A DNA stretch of 64,000 bases from Candidatus Latescibacterota bacterium. GTDB taxonomy: Bacteria; Latescibacterota; UBA2968. The notes below the pieces were generated by a model. The model did no database searches and had not been told where the DNA came from. It was given only the letters and a program-made list of their open reading frames with translations. A program made the position numbers and the translations under genes. Location of the stretch: NCBI GenBank assembly GCA_965204375.1, contig OZ241986.1, forward strand, positions 4,352,001-4,416,000, read 5' to 3'. Shown piece by piece: positions 48,774 to 59,558 of this stretch (the stretch's first letter is position 1; each line of letters opens with the position of its first letter).

Positions 48774-48947
48774 ATGCCCTTCAATAAAGAAGAAGCCTTG
48801 CAGGAGATGGAGGCAGAGCGGGTAGCATTAGAGGTCTATCTGCGCCGGAACGGAGAGACGCCACAATCCATCCAACGGCGCATACCGAAGGCGCCACCAC
48901 CCATAGAATCAAAGCCGATCATGCCGACAGTGCCACCACCCATTTGA
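48774..48947 (+). CDS. passenger microprotein (57 aa, Pro-rich tail)
   Basis: AAAGGA RBS; downstream of a TTGACA-17-TATAAC promoter (48604-48632). Confidence 0.5.
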   Translation: MPFNKEEALQEMEAERVALEVYLRRNGETPQSIQRRIPKAPPPIESKPIMPTVPPPI

Positions 48948-48960
48948 ACGGAGGGTAGTC

Positions 48961-49170
48961 ATGAATCAGCCAGTACTTATTGAACCTGAGAGTGTAGTAG
49001 TGGACCGTAGCCCTATGCCAATTCCTCGTCCGGTGACACTTGCTATTCATTATCGCACCTCAGATGGTGCATTGTCTGTCATAGTGTTCGGATTGACCGT
49101 ACCACAGGCAGATAAATTGGAGTCGGATTTACGTCTAAAGAGGGGAGAAGCCTCAACATCAGGAATATGA
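48961..49170 (+). CDS. passenger microprotein (69 aa)
   Basis: GGAGG RBS. Confidence 0.5.
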   Translation: MNQPVLIEPESVVVDRSPMPIPRPVTLAIHYRTSDGALSVIVFGLTVPQADKLESDLRLKRGEASTSGI

Positions 49171-49277
49171 AGCATAAACATACATCCATCTGGTATCTCT
49201 AACGACGCCTGAAACTTCGCCATTTCTTCCCAGTTTATTTCGTAATCGCTGGCTTTTTGCTGTTCTGAAGTAGCCAT
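49050..49277 (-). CDS. passenger microprotein (75 aa), overlapping the previous ORF antisense
   Basis: Very strong AAGGAGGTG RBS before ATG at 49277. Confidence 0.45.
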   Translation of the reverse strand: MATSEQQKASDYEINWEEMAKFQASLEIPDGCMFMLHIPDVEASPLFRRKSDSNLSACGTVNPNTMTDNAPSEVR

Positions 49278-49323
49278 CTCTCTCACCTCCTTCTGAGATT
49301 AAAATATCAGGTTGGAAAATCAC

Positions 49324-49941
49324 ATGCAAATATACACCCCAGGTGGATTGACAATCAAGTTACATGCAGACCGGGTTGAGCGTGTATTAAAACCTGTCCG
49401 TCATCTCATAAACATCGAAGATGCTTTCGTTGATATTCAATTATGGGCAAACTTCCCCGGTAATATGTTGTCAATTTTAGCTATTATTACTGCTCTAACC
49501 ACACAGTCATGGACTTCGGTATTGATTGTGGGTGTTCTTGGCTTTGTTTTGGTCGATCTCTACCAACAATTTTTTTACTCACGTTTTCTCAAGGTGTTAT
49601 TTCCTTTTGTATTAGGGGCGTTCTACGTCACACTGCCAGCCTCATTGATCACCATTTATATTTTATATCAAGAAGGTGCTATTATAGCTGGAATCACTCA
49701 GTTTGTTATGGTTCTTATGGACATTACAGGCATTGCCGATTTGATTTTATTTTTTTCTACGCCTATTAGGTTTTCTGTCCGATGCCTCTTTGGCAAAAGA
49801 GCAAAGGAAGGTGCGATTGAAGAGGCCTTTATTAAAATCTTGAATCACAAAGCAAGACAAGTTGGCGTAATTCTCGATTGGCAAAGCTACAATCGCCGAG
49901 AAACTGATACCTCTTTCTTTTTTGGGGATCATGTGAGATAA
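49324..49941 (+). CDS. passenger polytopic membrane protein
   Basis: Low-GC ORF with about 4 hydrophobic segments. Confidence 0.7.
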   Translation: MQIYTPGGLTIKLHADRVERVLKPVRHLINIEDAFVDIQLWANFPGNMLSILAIITALTTQSWTSVLIVGVLGFVLVDLYQQFFYSRFLKVLFPFVLGAFYVTLPASLITIYILYQEGAIIAGITQFVMVLMDITGIADLILFFSTPIRFSVRCLFGKRAKEGAIEEAFIKILNHKARQVGVILDWQSYNRRETDTSFFFGDHVR

Positions 49942-50046
49942 TGCTGCCAGCACACGCATCACTTGCCTCCTTTCGCTCTGCTACTCAGCTACATAATCCC
50001 CCCCAAAATACCCCATTCGCGAACCCAAAACATCGTCCTCTGGAAC

Positions 50047-50076
50047 AAAAAAGCCCGTCCTTTTGGACAGGCTTTT
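50047..50076 (-). terminator. purA terminator
   Basis: AAAAGCCCGTCC-TTTT-GGACAGGCTTTT hairpin with U-tract on the minus strand. Confidence 0.65.
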
Positions 50077-50104
50077 CTCATCTCCACATTTTGATCCACA
50101 TCAT

Positions 50105-51382
50105 CTACATCTCAATAATATCCTCTCGCCTTGGTCCCACGGAAATCCACTTCACCGGAACCTCGAGCCACTCTTCGATATGCTCGACATAACGCTGTGC
50201 ATTAGCTGGTAAATCCGAAAACTCGCGCACCGAAGAAATATCTGTTCTCCACCCCGGCAACTTCTCCAGAACAGGTGTCGCCCGGTCGAGCAACGACGGA
50301 ACCGGAAAAATCTCCGTCTTCTCCCCATCGATCTCATAAGCTGTACAAACGGGAATCTCATCCAAATAACCCAACACATCGAGCAGCGACAACGCAACCG
50401 CCGTCGCCCCTTGCATGCGACACCCATAGCGCGTAGCAACCGCATCGAACCAGCCCATCCTGCGGGGCCGACCCGTCGTCGCACCGTACTCCCCTGCATC
50501 GCCGCCCCGCTCGCGAAGCTCCTCCGCCTCCTCGCCAAAAATCTCAGAAATAAAAGGACCTGCCCCCACGCAAGAAGAATACGCCTTCGCAACAGCGACA
50601 ACCTGCGTAATCGAATGAGGCGGAATACCCGCCCCAATCGACGCAAACCCCGCCAAAGTAGAAGAAGACGTCGGATAGGGATAAATACCGTGATCCGGAT
50701 CGCGCAAAGCACCCAACTGTCCCTCCACCAGAATCTTCTTATTCTCCTTCAACGCATTGTGAAGCAGCAACGACGTATCGCAAACATAAGGCTCAATCTG
50801 CTCTCCCGCCGCCATCAAATCGGGCACAACCTCCTCCAGAGACATCAGCGGCTTGTGATACAAATGCTCAAAAAGCACATTCTTCACCTCCAGCGCGCGC
50901 GCGACGCGATCCCGCAAGCGGCCCTCATCGTACAAATCGGCAACCTGAACCCCCACCTTCAAATACTTATCCGAATAAAACGGCGCAATACCAGACTTGG
51001 TCGAACCGTATTTTCGATCCCCCAACCGCTCCTCCTCGTACACATCCATAAGCAGATGATAGGGAAGCAACACCTGCGCGCGCTCAGAAATACACAGATT
51101 TGGCTTCGGCACGCCGCGGGCAATCAGCTCATCCACCTCCTCTATAAAAGCCGGAATATTCAACGCGATCCCCGTGCCGAGAATATTCGTCGTATGCGGA
51201 TAAAACACGCCCGAAGGCAAAAGGTGAAGGGCAAATTTCCCATACTCATTAATAATCGTATGCCCGGCATTATTGCCACCCTGAAACCGAATAACAAAAT
51301 CGGAATCCCGAGCCAGAACATCCGTCATCTTGCCCTTGCCTTCATCACCCCAATTTGCACCTACAATAGCTGAAACAGACAT
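50105..51382 (-). CDS. purA: adenylosuccinate synthetase
   Basis: GANWGDEGKGK, FQGGNNAGHT, EYGATTGRPRR. Confidence 0.98.
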   Translation of the reverse strand: MSVSAIVGANWGDEGKGKMTDVLARDSDFVIRFQGGNNAGHTIINEYGKFALHLLPSGVFYPHTTNILGTGIALNIPAFIEEVDELIARGVPKPNLCISERAQVLLPYHLLMDVYEEERLGDRKYGSTKSGIAPFYSDKYLKVGVQVADLYDEGRLRDRVARALEVKNVLFEHLYHKPLMSLEEVVPDLMAAGEQIEPYVCDTSLLLHNALKENKKILVEGQLGALRDPDHGIYPYPTSSSTLAGFASIGAGIPPHSITQVVAVAKAYSSCVGAGPFISEIFGEEAEELRERGGDAGEYGATTGRPRRMGWFDAVATRYGCRMQGATAVALSLLDVLGYLDEIPVCTAYEIDGEKTEIFPVPSLLDRATPVLEKLPGWRTDISSVREFSDLPANAQRYVEHIEEWLEVPVKWISVGPRREDIIEM

Positions 51383-51410
51383 TTTGCTCCCTTTTTTATG
51401 TAAGCCATCA

Positions 51411-51476
51411 GCCGCGATGACGGGCGAAAAATTTTTCGCCCCTACACATCTGCGTTCATCTGCGGATCACACTTCT
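51411..51476. repeat. REP-like element, same family as 9179-9432
   Basis: GGGCGAAAAATTTTTCGCCCCTACACATCTG identical to 9310-9340. Confidence 0.85.
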
Positions 51477-53062
51477 TATAGCTTCACCTGCTTAACCCAG
51501 TTCACAAACTCCTGAGACACGATATCGGCCAGCACCTCATCCTGCACCGGCGTATCGATATTAAAAACCATAATCGCCTCGCCGCCCTGGCTCCTGCGCC
51601 CCAGCGCCATATCGGAAATATTGATCCCATTTACCGCAAACAAATTGCCCATATGCCCCACCACACCGGGTACATCCCGATTGCCCAAAACAATCATATT
51701 CCCCTCGAGCTTTGCCTTCACCTCAATATCATCTATGCGCACCAACCGCAAATCCCGGCGCCCAAAAACCGTCGCCGAAATCGAAGTCGTCTCTTCTGAA
51801 GTCTCGACATCTATCGTAATCAAATTGCTATAATCCGCGTGACTGCTCTTAGACTCTTCAACCTGAATGCTGCGCGCCTTAGCCCATAAAGGCGCGTTGA
51901 CCAGCGTCACTGGCTCCTCAGCCTGATATTCAAAAATACCTTTCAAAACCGCAGCCGTAAGCGGCGCCGTAGCGTATTCCTGAATCACACCCTGATATCG
52001 ATTAATCACCCTGTGCAAATGCCCGCCCATAAGTTGCGCGTGCAGCGCCCCCACCTTTTCTGCCAGCGACAAATAAGGACTGATCGCATCGAGATATTCC
52101 GGATCAATCGGCGGCAAATTGATACCACTCTGAACGGGCTTACCCTGCAGTGCATCGCGCAAATCCATGGCAATCTGCCGTGCCACATTTTCCTGTGCCT
52201 CAAATGTCGAAGCCCCCAGATGCGGCGTAGAAACCACCTCTGGCCTTTTAATCAGCGGATGATCAACCGCAGGCGGCTCTTCTCCAAACACATCCAATGC
52301 AGCCCCTGCGACCTTACCCGCTTCAATCGCCTTATCAAGTGCCTCCTCATCCACAAGCTCACCACGGGCACAATTGATAATACGCACCCCATCTTTGCAC
52401 CTTGCAAGCGCAGATTCAGAAATGAGATGATGGGTCTGATCCGTAAACGCTGCGTGCAACGTAATATAATCCGACCTATCAAAAATCTCATCGTAAGAAG
52501 CCTGCTGTATATGCAACTGCCGCGCCAGATCATCCGACAAAAAAGGATCGGCACCCAACAACGTCATACCAAACGCATGCGCGCGTCGCGCCACCTGCTG
52601 ACCAACGCGCCCCACGCCAATAATACCCAAAGTTTTGCCGTATAATTCAACACCCGTGTATTTGCCGCGCTCCCATTCGCCAGCTTTAAGCGAAGCGGTC
52701 GCCTGGGGGATATTGCGCGACAGCGCCATCATCATCGCCATCGCGTATTCAGCGGCAGAAATCGTATTGCCGCCCGGTGCATTCATCACCACAATCCCCC
52801 GCTCAGTCGCGGCTTCCACATCGATATTATCCACACCAGCACCCGCCCGACCAATCGCGCGAAGATTCACACCCGCATCAATCACCCGTCGCGTAACCTC
52901 CGTTGCACTGCGCACAATCAGCCCGACATAATCGCCAATAATCTCACACAACGCATCTTCAGACAGACCCGTATTCACATCGACTTCTATATCTGAAGAA
53001 ACAAAAACATTCTGCCAGCCATCGGCCAGTGAATCGCCGATCAGAACCTTTTCCATTTTCAC
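51476..53062 (-). CDS. serA: D-3-phosphoglycerate dehydrogenase (long form with ACT domain)
   Basis: RAGAGVDNID, GVGRVG, INCARG, TPHLGAST; alternative ATG at 53056. Confidence 0.97.
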   Translation of the reverse strand: MKMEKVLIGDSLADGWQNVFVSSDIEVDVNTGLSEDALCEIIGDYVGLIVRSATEVTRRVIDAGVNLRAIGRAGAGVDNIDVEAATERGIVVMNAPGGNTISAAEYAMAMMMALSRNIPQATASLKAGEWERGKYTGVELYGKTLGIIGVGRVGQQVARRAHAFGMTLLGADPFLSDDLARQLHIQQASYDEIFDRSDYITLHAAFTDQTHHLISESALARCKDGVRIINCARGELVDEEALDKAIEAGKVAGAALDVFGEEPPAVDHPLIKRPEVVSTPHLGASTFEAQENVARQIAMDLRDALQGKPVQSGINLPPIDPEYLDAISPYLSLAEKVGALHAQLMGGHLHRVINRYQGVIQEYATAPLTAAVLKGIFEYQAEEPVTLVNAPLWAKARSIQVEESKSSHADYSNLITIDVETSEETTSISATVFGRRDLRLVRIDDIEVKAKLEGNMIVLGNRDVPGVVGHMGNLFAVNGINISDMALGRRSQGGEAIMVFNIDTPVQDEVLADIVSQEFVNWVKQVKL

Positions 53063-54163
53063 TCAATGCCCTCTCGCATCCACGGCCCATGTCTCTACAA
53101 ACATCCCGCCTTCATCAATCACACACACCTCATCCCACAAATTCACGGTCGTACACACATGGCGCGGCACCAGATAAAATTGATCGCCCACACGCGGTCG
53201 CGGTGTACCCTCCGGCAGTTGCAACAACTGGTGTTCCTCATTGCGCCGCACAAACGCAATCTCATCTGACAACCCCAACGCTCGAAAATGGGGCGCAGGC
53301 GTATCGGGCGCAACCGACTTGCTGCCTGCATCCAGTGTAACGAGATCTGCGCGGGTCGTACTGATCACACTGGACAAAATTAGTGCTGCCCATTCAAAGG
53401 GACTCTGCAACTTGTCACCATATCCGGTATCCCAAAAAATCCACGTACCGGGCGAAACCTCATCCACCCCATCCACCCGTTGCGTATGCTCAAAACCCGG
53501 CGACCCCGAAGCCACCAATTTCTCGACCTCAATGCCGGACCGTTCTATCAGGCACCGGGTCTCAACAGCCCGCTCAATCGACTCAACCGCCGTCTTTTGA
53601 CGCATATCCGCATCGAAATCACCCACATGTCCATCATACACATGCAAACCCGCAAAATGCAAACCCGACGCTTGTGCAATCTGCTGCGCCAGAGCAAGCG
53701 AAGGCGCACCGGGCAATGCCCCCGTGCGATCCATCCCCGTATTGACATCCACCATAACACCCAGACTCACACCCGCCGATGTGCAGGCATCGGACAACGC
53801 CTGAATCGCGTCCCCATCATCCGCAATAACTTTCAAATCGGTATCGGGATACAACCGCTTCAAATCCACCACGCGCCCAATATTTGCCCCCACGATATGA
53901 TAAGAAATCAACACATCGGTCGCGCCAATCGCAGCGAGCATCGCCGCCTCTTTGGGCGTCGCACACTTAAACTTATCAATCCCCTCATCCATCTCCATAC
54001 GCGCAATCTGCGACATCTTATGCGTCTTAATATGCGGACGCAGGCGCGCATACCCGCCCATCATATCCCCAATCGCGCGAATATTATGCGCCACCGCCTC
54101 CTTGTAAACCAACAGCGCAGGCGTGGGAATCTCCTCGGCATTCTTTACCCGATAGTCAAACAT
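53063..54163 (-). CDS. D-threonine aldolase-like PLP enzyme (alanine racemase fold)
   Basis: RPHIKTHK, YDGH, NEEH, PRHVCTTVNL. Confidence 0.9.
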   Translation of the reverse strand: MFDYRVKNAEEIPTPALLVYKEAVAHNIRAIGDMMGGYARLRPHIKTHKMSQIARMEMDEGIDKFKCATPKEAAMLAAIGATDVLISYHIVGANIGRVVDLKRLYPDTDLKVIADDGDAIQALSDACTSAGVSLGVMVDVNTGMDRTGALPGAPSLALAQQIAQASGLHFAGLHVYDGHVGDFDADMRQKTAVESIERAVETRCLIERSGIEVEKLVASGSPGFEHTQRVDGVDEVSPGTWIFWDTGYGDKLQSPFEWAALILSSVISTTRADLVTLDAGSKSVAPDTPAPHFRALGLSDEIAFVRRNEEHQLLQLPEGTPRPRVGDQFYLVPRHVCTTVNLWDEVCVIDEGGMFVETWAVDARGH

Positions 54164-54743
54164 TCAGCACCTCTCCAATCCACCGCCAAACCGCATCCTT
54201 GCCGCGCCCCGTCGTCGCGGAAAACGGCACAAGGTCAAAATCGCCGTGCAAAGCGAGCATCCGACGGGTTTGATCCAATCGATTTTTGAGTTTATGACCC
54301 GACAATTTATCAGCCTTGGTAGCAACCACCACAAACGGCTTGTTGCCGTGTACCAGCCAGTCAATCATCTGCAAATCATCTCGGCTTGGATCGTGCCTCG
54401 CATCGATCAACTGAACAAAACCCCTGATTGAAGGCCGATCCTGCACATACCCCTCAATCAGCTTTCCCCACGCCTGACGCTCTTCCCAACTGCGCTTTGC
54501 ATAGCCATAACCGGGCAAATCGACAAAATAATACGCGTGATTTACGCGGTAAAAATTCAGCGTCCGCGTCTTGCCGGGCGTACTGCTGGTCTTCGCCAAA
54601 TTTTTCCGATTGAACAGCCGATTGAGCAACGACGACTTGCCCACATTGGAACGCCCCGCAAATGCAATCTCGGCCATCCCATCGCGGGGCAACTGCCTCA
54701 AAAAGCCAACACTCGTAACAAATTCGGCAGAATGGAATTGCAT
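54156..54743 (-). CDS. engB: ribosome biogenesis GTPase EngB/YihA
   Basis: GRSNVGKSS, DLPGYG, TKADK; follows clpX. Confidence 0.96.
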   Translation of the reverse strand: MQFHSAEFVTSVGFLRQLPRDGMAEIAFAGRSNVGKSSLLNRLFNRKNLAKTSSTPGKTRTLNFYRVNHAYYFVDLPGYGYAKRSWEERQAWGKLIEGYVQDRPSIRGFVQLIDARHDPSRDDLQMIDWLVHGNKPFVVVATKADKLSGHKLKNRLDQTRRMLALHGDFDLVPFSATTGRGKDAVWRWIGEVLNV

Positions 54744-54819
54744 GACCGCCCTTTCACACAAACGAAAACCGGGGTCCAATTCGGCCCCGGTTCCCCATCT
54801 GTGGGAAATATCTATCTCT

Positions 54820-56067
54820 TTAAGCGCGTTTTTGTGTGGATTCGAGAACTTCCATACGCGGCTTGTTGCGGTTTTGAACCATATCGCAGGTCACCGTGAC
54901 CTCGGTTATATCCTCACTGGAGGGAATATCGTACATCAAATCCGTCATAACAGCTTCGAGAACCGACCGCAACCCGCGCGCGCCTGTACCCTTTTCCTGT
55001 GTAATGCGAACAACCTCGCGCAACGCGTCATCTTCAAAAGTCAGCTCAACCCCATCGAGCTCGAACAACTTCTGATACTGCTTGGTAATTGCATTTTGCG
55101 GTTCCGTCAAAATCTGCAACAAAGCGGTCTCGTCCAGTTCGCCCAACGCACACATCACGGGCATCCGCCCAACCAGTTCTGGAATCAAACCGTATTTGAT
55201 CAAATCTTCTGGCTCGGCATGCTGGAAAATCTCACCGGTACTTTGCTCATCCAAATCGTTCGAATCAGCTCCAAAACCAATGGTCTTCTTGCCGATGCGG
55301 GTGCTAATAACGCTTTCCAAACCATCAAATGCACCGCCACAGATAAACAGAATATTTTTGGTATTGAGCTGAATCAGAGGTTGTTCGGGATGCTTGCGCC
55401 CCCCCTTGGGCGGAATACTCGCCACTGTACCTTCCAGAATTTTCAACAACGCCTGCTGAACACCTTCCCCAGACACATCGCGCGTAATAGATGGATTGGC
55501 CGACTTTCGAGAAATTTTATCGACCTCGTCCAAATACAAAATACCCATCTCTGCCTGCGCCACATCGTAATCCGCTGCCTGAAGTAGGCGCACCAGAATA
55601 TTCTCAACATCTTCGCCAACATATCCTGCTTCGGTCAAAATAGTGGCATCGGCAATCGAAAATGGAACCTGCAAAATGCGCGCCAGCGTCTGTGCCAAAA
55701 GCGTCTTGCCAGTACCCGTGGGTCCCATAAGCAAAATATTGCTCTTATCGAGTTCGACATCATCCGCAGACTGATTGGACCGAATGCGCTTGTAGTGATT
55801 ATACACCGCAACCGAAAGAACGCGCTTGGCGCGCTCCTGACCAATCACATAATCGTCGAGACGAGTCTTAATTTCCTGCGGCTTGGGCAACCCTTTGTGA
55901 AGTGTCACGGGCTTTTTGAGATCGTCCTCTCGCAAAACCTCATTGCACAGCTTGATACACTCACTGCAAATATTCACGCTCGGGCCAGTGACGATCTTAT
56001 CGACCTGATCGGCACTCTTGCCACAAAAAGAACAGCGAATTTCTGCTCTGGATGTCCGTCGCTTCAT
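54820..56067 (-). CDS. clpX: ATP-dependent Clp protease ATPase subunit
   Basis: CSFCGK zinc finger, [22 protein letters not shown]. Confidence 0.98.
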   Translation of the reverse strand: MKRRTSRAEIRCSFCGKSADQVDKIVTGPSVNICSECIKLCNEVLREDDLKKPVTLHKGLPKPQEIKTRLDDYVIGQERAKRVLSVAVYNHYKRIRSNQSADDVELDKSNILLMGPTGTGKTLLAQTLARILQVPFSIADATILTEAGYVGEDVENILVRLLQAADYDVAQAEMGILYLDEVDKISRKSANPSITRDVSGEGVQQALLKILEGTVASIPPKGGRKHPEQPLIQLNTKNILFICGGAFDGLESVISTRIGKKTIGFGADSNDLDEQSTGEIFQHAEPEDLIKYGLIPELVGRMPVMCALGELDETALLQILTEPQNAITKQYQKLFELDGVELTFEDDALREVVRITQEKGTGARGLRSVLEAVMTDLMYDIPSSEDITEVTVTCDMVQNRNKPRMEVLESTQKRA

Positions 56068-56081
56068 AACGCCCTACTTCC

Positions 56082-56696
56082 TCATGACAAAGCTTCGTCG
56101 ATATCGGGGGTGGAACTCTCGGGACTGAGCACTTCGTCAATCAGGCCATATTCCTTTGACTCATCAGCCGACATAAAGAAATCGCGGTCTGCATCCCTTT
56201 CTATGCGCTCAATAGGCTGACCCGTGCATTCGGATAAAATGGCGTTCAAGCGGTCGCGATATTGCAAAATCTCTTCGGCGTGTCGTTCGATATCCGAAGC
56301 CTGACCGCCTGCACCGCCAATGGGTTGATGCAGCAAAATGCGCGAATTTGGCAATGCGCGGCGCTGCCCCTTCGTGCCCCCTGCAAGAAGCACGGCACCC
56401 AGTGAAAAAGCCTGACCCACACAAAGCGTTTCAACATCATTGGGCACGTATTGCATCGTATCGTAAATAGCCAAACCCGCCGTAATACTGCCGCCGGGAG
56501 AATTGATATACAGCCGAATCGGCTTCTCGGGCGTTTCAGATGTGCAAAACAACATCTGGGCAATCACCAGATTGGCAATCGTATCATTGATCGGCGTACC
56601 AATAAAAATAATATTATCGCGCAACAGCCGCGAAAAAATGTCATAAGCGCGCTCGCCACGCCCTGTTTGTTCAAGAACTGTAGGAACCAGAGCCAT
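56082..56696 (-). CDS. clpP: Clp protease proteolytic subunit
   Basis: [18 protein letters not shown]. Confidence 0.97.
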   Translation of the reverse strand: MALVPTVLEQTGRGERAYDIFSRLLRDNIIFIGTPINDTIANLVIAQMLFCTSETPEKPIRLYINSPGGSITAGLAIYDTMQYVPNDVETLCVGQAFSLGAVLLAGGTKGQRRALPNSRILLHQPIGGAGGQASDIERHAEEILQYRDRLNAILSECTGQPIERIERDADRDFFMSADESKEYGLIDEVLSPESSTPDIDEALS

Positions 56697-56737
56697 ATTA
56701 AACTCCGTTTTGTTGTTTAAATGAAAAAACCATTCAT

Positions 56738-58045
56738 CTATTCGTCTTCAACTTCCTCAACATCTTCGACATCTGCATTATCGATGAGAAAATCAAACGT
56801 CTTCTGCGTTTTAATCTCCGACTCAATCTGATCGAGCTGTTCGGTTCGGCTCAAAATCTGACGCAGACGCGGCCCTTCGATATTGTGCCGTTGCGACATC
56901 TCTTCGAGATGCTTGTCCAGATCGTCATCGGTCACCTCGATATTTTCCTGATCGGCAACAGCATCCAGCAACAAAAAGCGTTTGACACCGCGTTCGGCTT
57001 GATCGCGCCCTTCCTCGCGAAGCGCATCTTCGTCAATCCCTTGATCGTGACCCGCTTGCTCCCGCTTGTATGACTCAATCATACCATCGAGATAGTTTTC
57101 GACCATGCTAGCGGGAACCTCAAAAGGATTCTCCTCGATCAGCGCATCCATCAAATTTTCCTCAACGCGCTGGCGAATAGCCTGATCGTACTGCGCCTGC
57201 ATCTCATTGCGAATTTGCGTCTTGAGTTCATCCAGCGTCTCCACGCCGCCGACATCCTGAGCCAACTCGTCATCCAACTCGGGCAACTCGCGCTCGCGTA
57301 TTTCTTTCGCCATCACGCGAAACATCACAGTCTCTTCTTTCGGCCCTTCGTCTTGATCCTCCTGATCGTGCTCATCCTGAACGGGCCGCGTAATTGTAAC
57401 CTCACGGGCCTCACCGGCCGAAATACCCATCAATTGCTCTGCCAAATCAGTCGGCTTATCGTCTTCCGTCTTAAACAGCCGGATCGATTGATCTTCTGAC
57501 CTGTGATCGGCCACGGGGCTGCCGCCCTCATCGAGCTCTTCGACATCGGCAAAAACCACATCGTCGAGATCGGCAGCGCGCTCCACGACCTGCTCGGTCG
57601 CACTCTCCTCTTGAATATACCGCAGCCGACTGTCAACATGCTCGTCTTCAACCGCAAACACGGGCCGCGTCACCTTCAGCTCCTTATAGGTCTCCACGGT
57701 TATCTCTGGACGGACATCGACAGAAGCCTTGAACACCAGAGGTTGTCCCTCTTCAAAATTGATATCGTCAATACTCGCCTGAGAAACGGGTTGAATACCT
57801 TCGGCTTCACTCGCCTCCCGGTAAAACTCCTCCACCATCTCCTGTACAACCTCACCCTGGATGGCCGGCCCAAATTGCCGTTTGACAACACTCAGGGGAA
57901 TTTTACCCTTGCGAAACCCCGGCAAATTAAGGGTCTTGCTATATTTCCTGTAAGCGTCATTGAGACGCTTATCCACATCCTCAGCCGGGGCCTCAATCTC
58001 CAATGTTCGACGCCACGTCCCCGACTCGGTCACCTGCACATTCAT
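56738..58045 (-). CDS. tig: trigger factor
   Basis: PGFRKGKIP; tig-clpP-clpX synteny. Confidence 0.96.
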   Translation of the reverse strand: MNVQVTESGTWRRTLEIEAPAEDVDKRLNDAYRKYSKTLNLPGFRKGKIPLSVVKRQFGPAIQGEVVQEMVEEFYREASEAEGIQPVSQASIDDINFEEGQPLVFKASVDVRPEITVETYKELKVTRPVFAVEDEHVDSRLRYIQEESATEQVVERAADLDDVVFADVEELDEGGSPVADHRSEDQSIRLFKTEDDKPTDLAEQLMGISAGEAREVTITRPVQDEHDQEDQDEGPKEETVMFRVMAKEIRERELPELDDELAQDVGGVETLDELKTQIRNEMQAQYDQAIRQRVEENLMDALIEENPFEVPASMVENYLDGMIESYKREQAGHDQGIDEDALREEGRDQAERGVKRFLLLDAVADQENIEVTDDDLDKHLEEMSQRHNIEGPRLRQILSRTEQLDQIESEIKTQKTFDFLIDNADVEDVEEVEDE

Positions 58046-58160
58046 CGCGTTGGATAATCCTTTCTTTGTAATACTTCACTCACTAACGGGACCAACGTGC
58101 AATAATAAACAAATGAAAACGCTTTGTCAATGGCGTTGGGGCTACTGTTTGCCCTTCACC

Positions 58161-58883
58161 TCACCCATACCCCAACACCTTCAAATACGCCTTCACCGTA
58201 TTCTCCAACCCCATAAAAACAGTATCTGCGATCAGCGCGTGGCCAATAGACACCTCGAGAATCCCGGGAATCGTCACAAATTCCCCCAGATTATCGAGAT
58301 TGAGATCGTGCCCCGCATTAACCCCCAGCCCGGCATCTTGTGCCGCGCGAGCCGAATCCGCGTACTGTCGAAAAACAGGCCCCACATCGCCTCCATCAAA
58401 CGCAGAAGCATAAGACTCCGTATAAAGCTCAACGCGATCTGCACCCAGAGCCTTTGCCAGAACCATATCCGCCGGCACCGGATCCATAAACAGAGAAACC
58501 CGAATCCCCAGACCTTTCAACTCCGCAATAATCGGCACAAGCCGCTCGCCATCCCGCCTCAAATCCCAACCGTGATCGGACGTACTCTGATCCGGTTCAT
58601 CGGGCACCAGCGTACACTGATCTGGCACCACATCCCGCACCATATCCATAAAATCGGGAAAGGGATTGCCCTCAATATTGTACTCCACCCCCGAAATCAC
58701 CTCTCTCAACTCATAAACATCCGTCCTGCGAATATGCCGCTCATCGGGCCGGGGATGCACCGTAATCCCATGCGCTCCCGCATCTATACACACCTGCGCC
58801 GCCCTTGTCACACTGGGAAAAGTAAGCGGCCTACTATTCCGCAACAGCGCCACCCGATTCAAATTCACACTGAGTTTGGTCAT
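58161..58883 (-). CDS. pdxJ: pyridoxine 5'-phosphate synthase
   Basis: ITVHPRPDERHI, NAGHDL, EVSIGHAL. Confidence 0.97.
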   Translation of the reverse strand: MTKLSVNLNRVALLRNSRPLTFPSVTRAAQVCIDAGAHGITVHPRPDERHIRRTDVYELREVISGVEYNIEGNPFPDFMDMVRDVVPDQCTLVPDEPDQSTSDHGWDLRRDGERLVPIIAELKGLGIRVSLFMDPVPADMVLAKALGADRVELYTESYASAFDGGDVGPVFRQYADSARAAQDAGLGVNAGHDLNLDNLGEFVTIPGILEVSIGHALIADTVFMGLENTVKAYLKVLGYG

Positions 58884-58935
58884 TGAAATTCCTATTAAAA
58901 AAGGTGAGACGGGACACCCGCCTTAGGGTTGCGTT

Positions 58936-58976
58936 GGGGGCGGTCTTCTCACTTCACACTTCTCACTTCCTACTTC
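58936..58976. repeat. short CACTTC(T/A/C) heptamer tract
   Basis: Same unit as 43320-43428. Confidence 0.6.
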
Positions 58977-59558
58977 TTAAGGTGCCAGCAAAGCGCGCTT
59001 CCACGCGCCATCACCTTGCCGAACATACAAAAACCGATCGTGCAACCGATCATCCCTATTTACCCAAAATTCAAACCGATCGGGAACCACCCGATAGCCC
59101 CCCCAAAAATCCGGCAACGGCACATCATCTTCCGGATATTTCCGATCCAACTCTGCCACGCGACCTTCCAAAAACGCCCGATCGGGAATCGCCTCGCTTT
59201 GAGGTGACGCCCAGGCACTCAAGCGACTACCCCGAGGACGCGAATCAAAATACGCCTTAGACACCTCATCCGAAACAGCCTCAACCCGTCCCTCAATACG
59301 CACCTGCCTGACCAGCGACTTCCAGTGAAATAGCAAAGCGGCTCTGGGATTCTCCGCCAACTCATCGGCCTTGCGACTCTCCAGATTCGTAAAAAACACA
59401 AACCCCTCTCGATCGCACTGCTTCGCCAGCACCATACGCACCGAAGGCTTTCCATCGCGCGTCGCCGTTGCCAGAGCCACGGCCTCGGGCAGCGTCGGCT
59501 CCGAAGCCCTCGCCTCCTCAAACCACATATCAAACTGAACAAAAGGATCTGGATTCAT
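58977..59558 (-). CDS. pdxH: pyridoxamine 5'-phosphate oxidase
   Basis: RQVRIEG, YFDSRP, AWASPQS, WGGY, RLHDR. Confidence 0.97.
   Translation of the reverse strand: MNPDPFVQFDMWFEEARASEPTLPEAVALATATRDGKPSVRMVLAKQCDREGFVFFTNLESRKADELAENPRAALLFHWKSLVRQVRIEGRVEAVSDEVSKAYFDSRPRGSRLSAWASPQSEAIPDRAFLEGRVAELDRKYPEDDVPLPDFWGGYRVVPDRFEFWVNRDDRLHDRFLYVRQGDGAWKRALLAP

Larger units (their letters stand above)
46607..50001 (+). mobile_element. IS1595-family transposon with passenger genes
   Basis: 23-bp TIRs (46607-46629 and 49979-50001, 1 mismatch); 8-bp TSD CCCAAAAT (46599-46606 and 50002-50009); internal transposase. Confidence 0.93.

Noticed and set aside
58046-58160. tRNA upstream of tig
   Set aside because: No cloverleaf or T-arm motif visible.
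50152-58886. Long alternative-frame ORFs over purA, serA, clpX and pdxJ
   Set aside because: Shadow ORFs of well-supported core genes.
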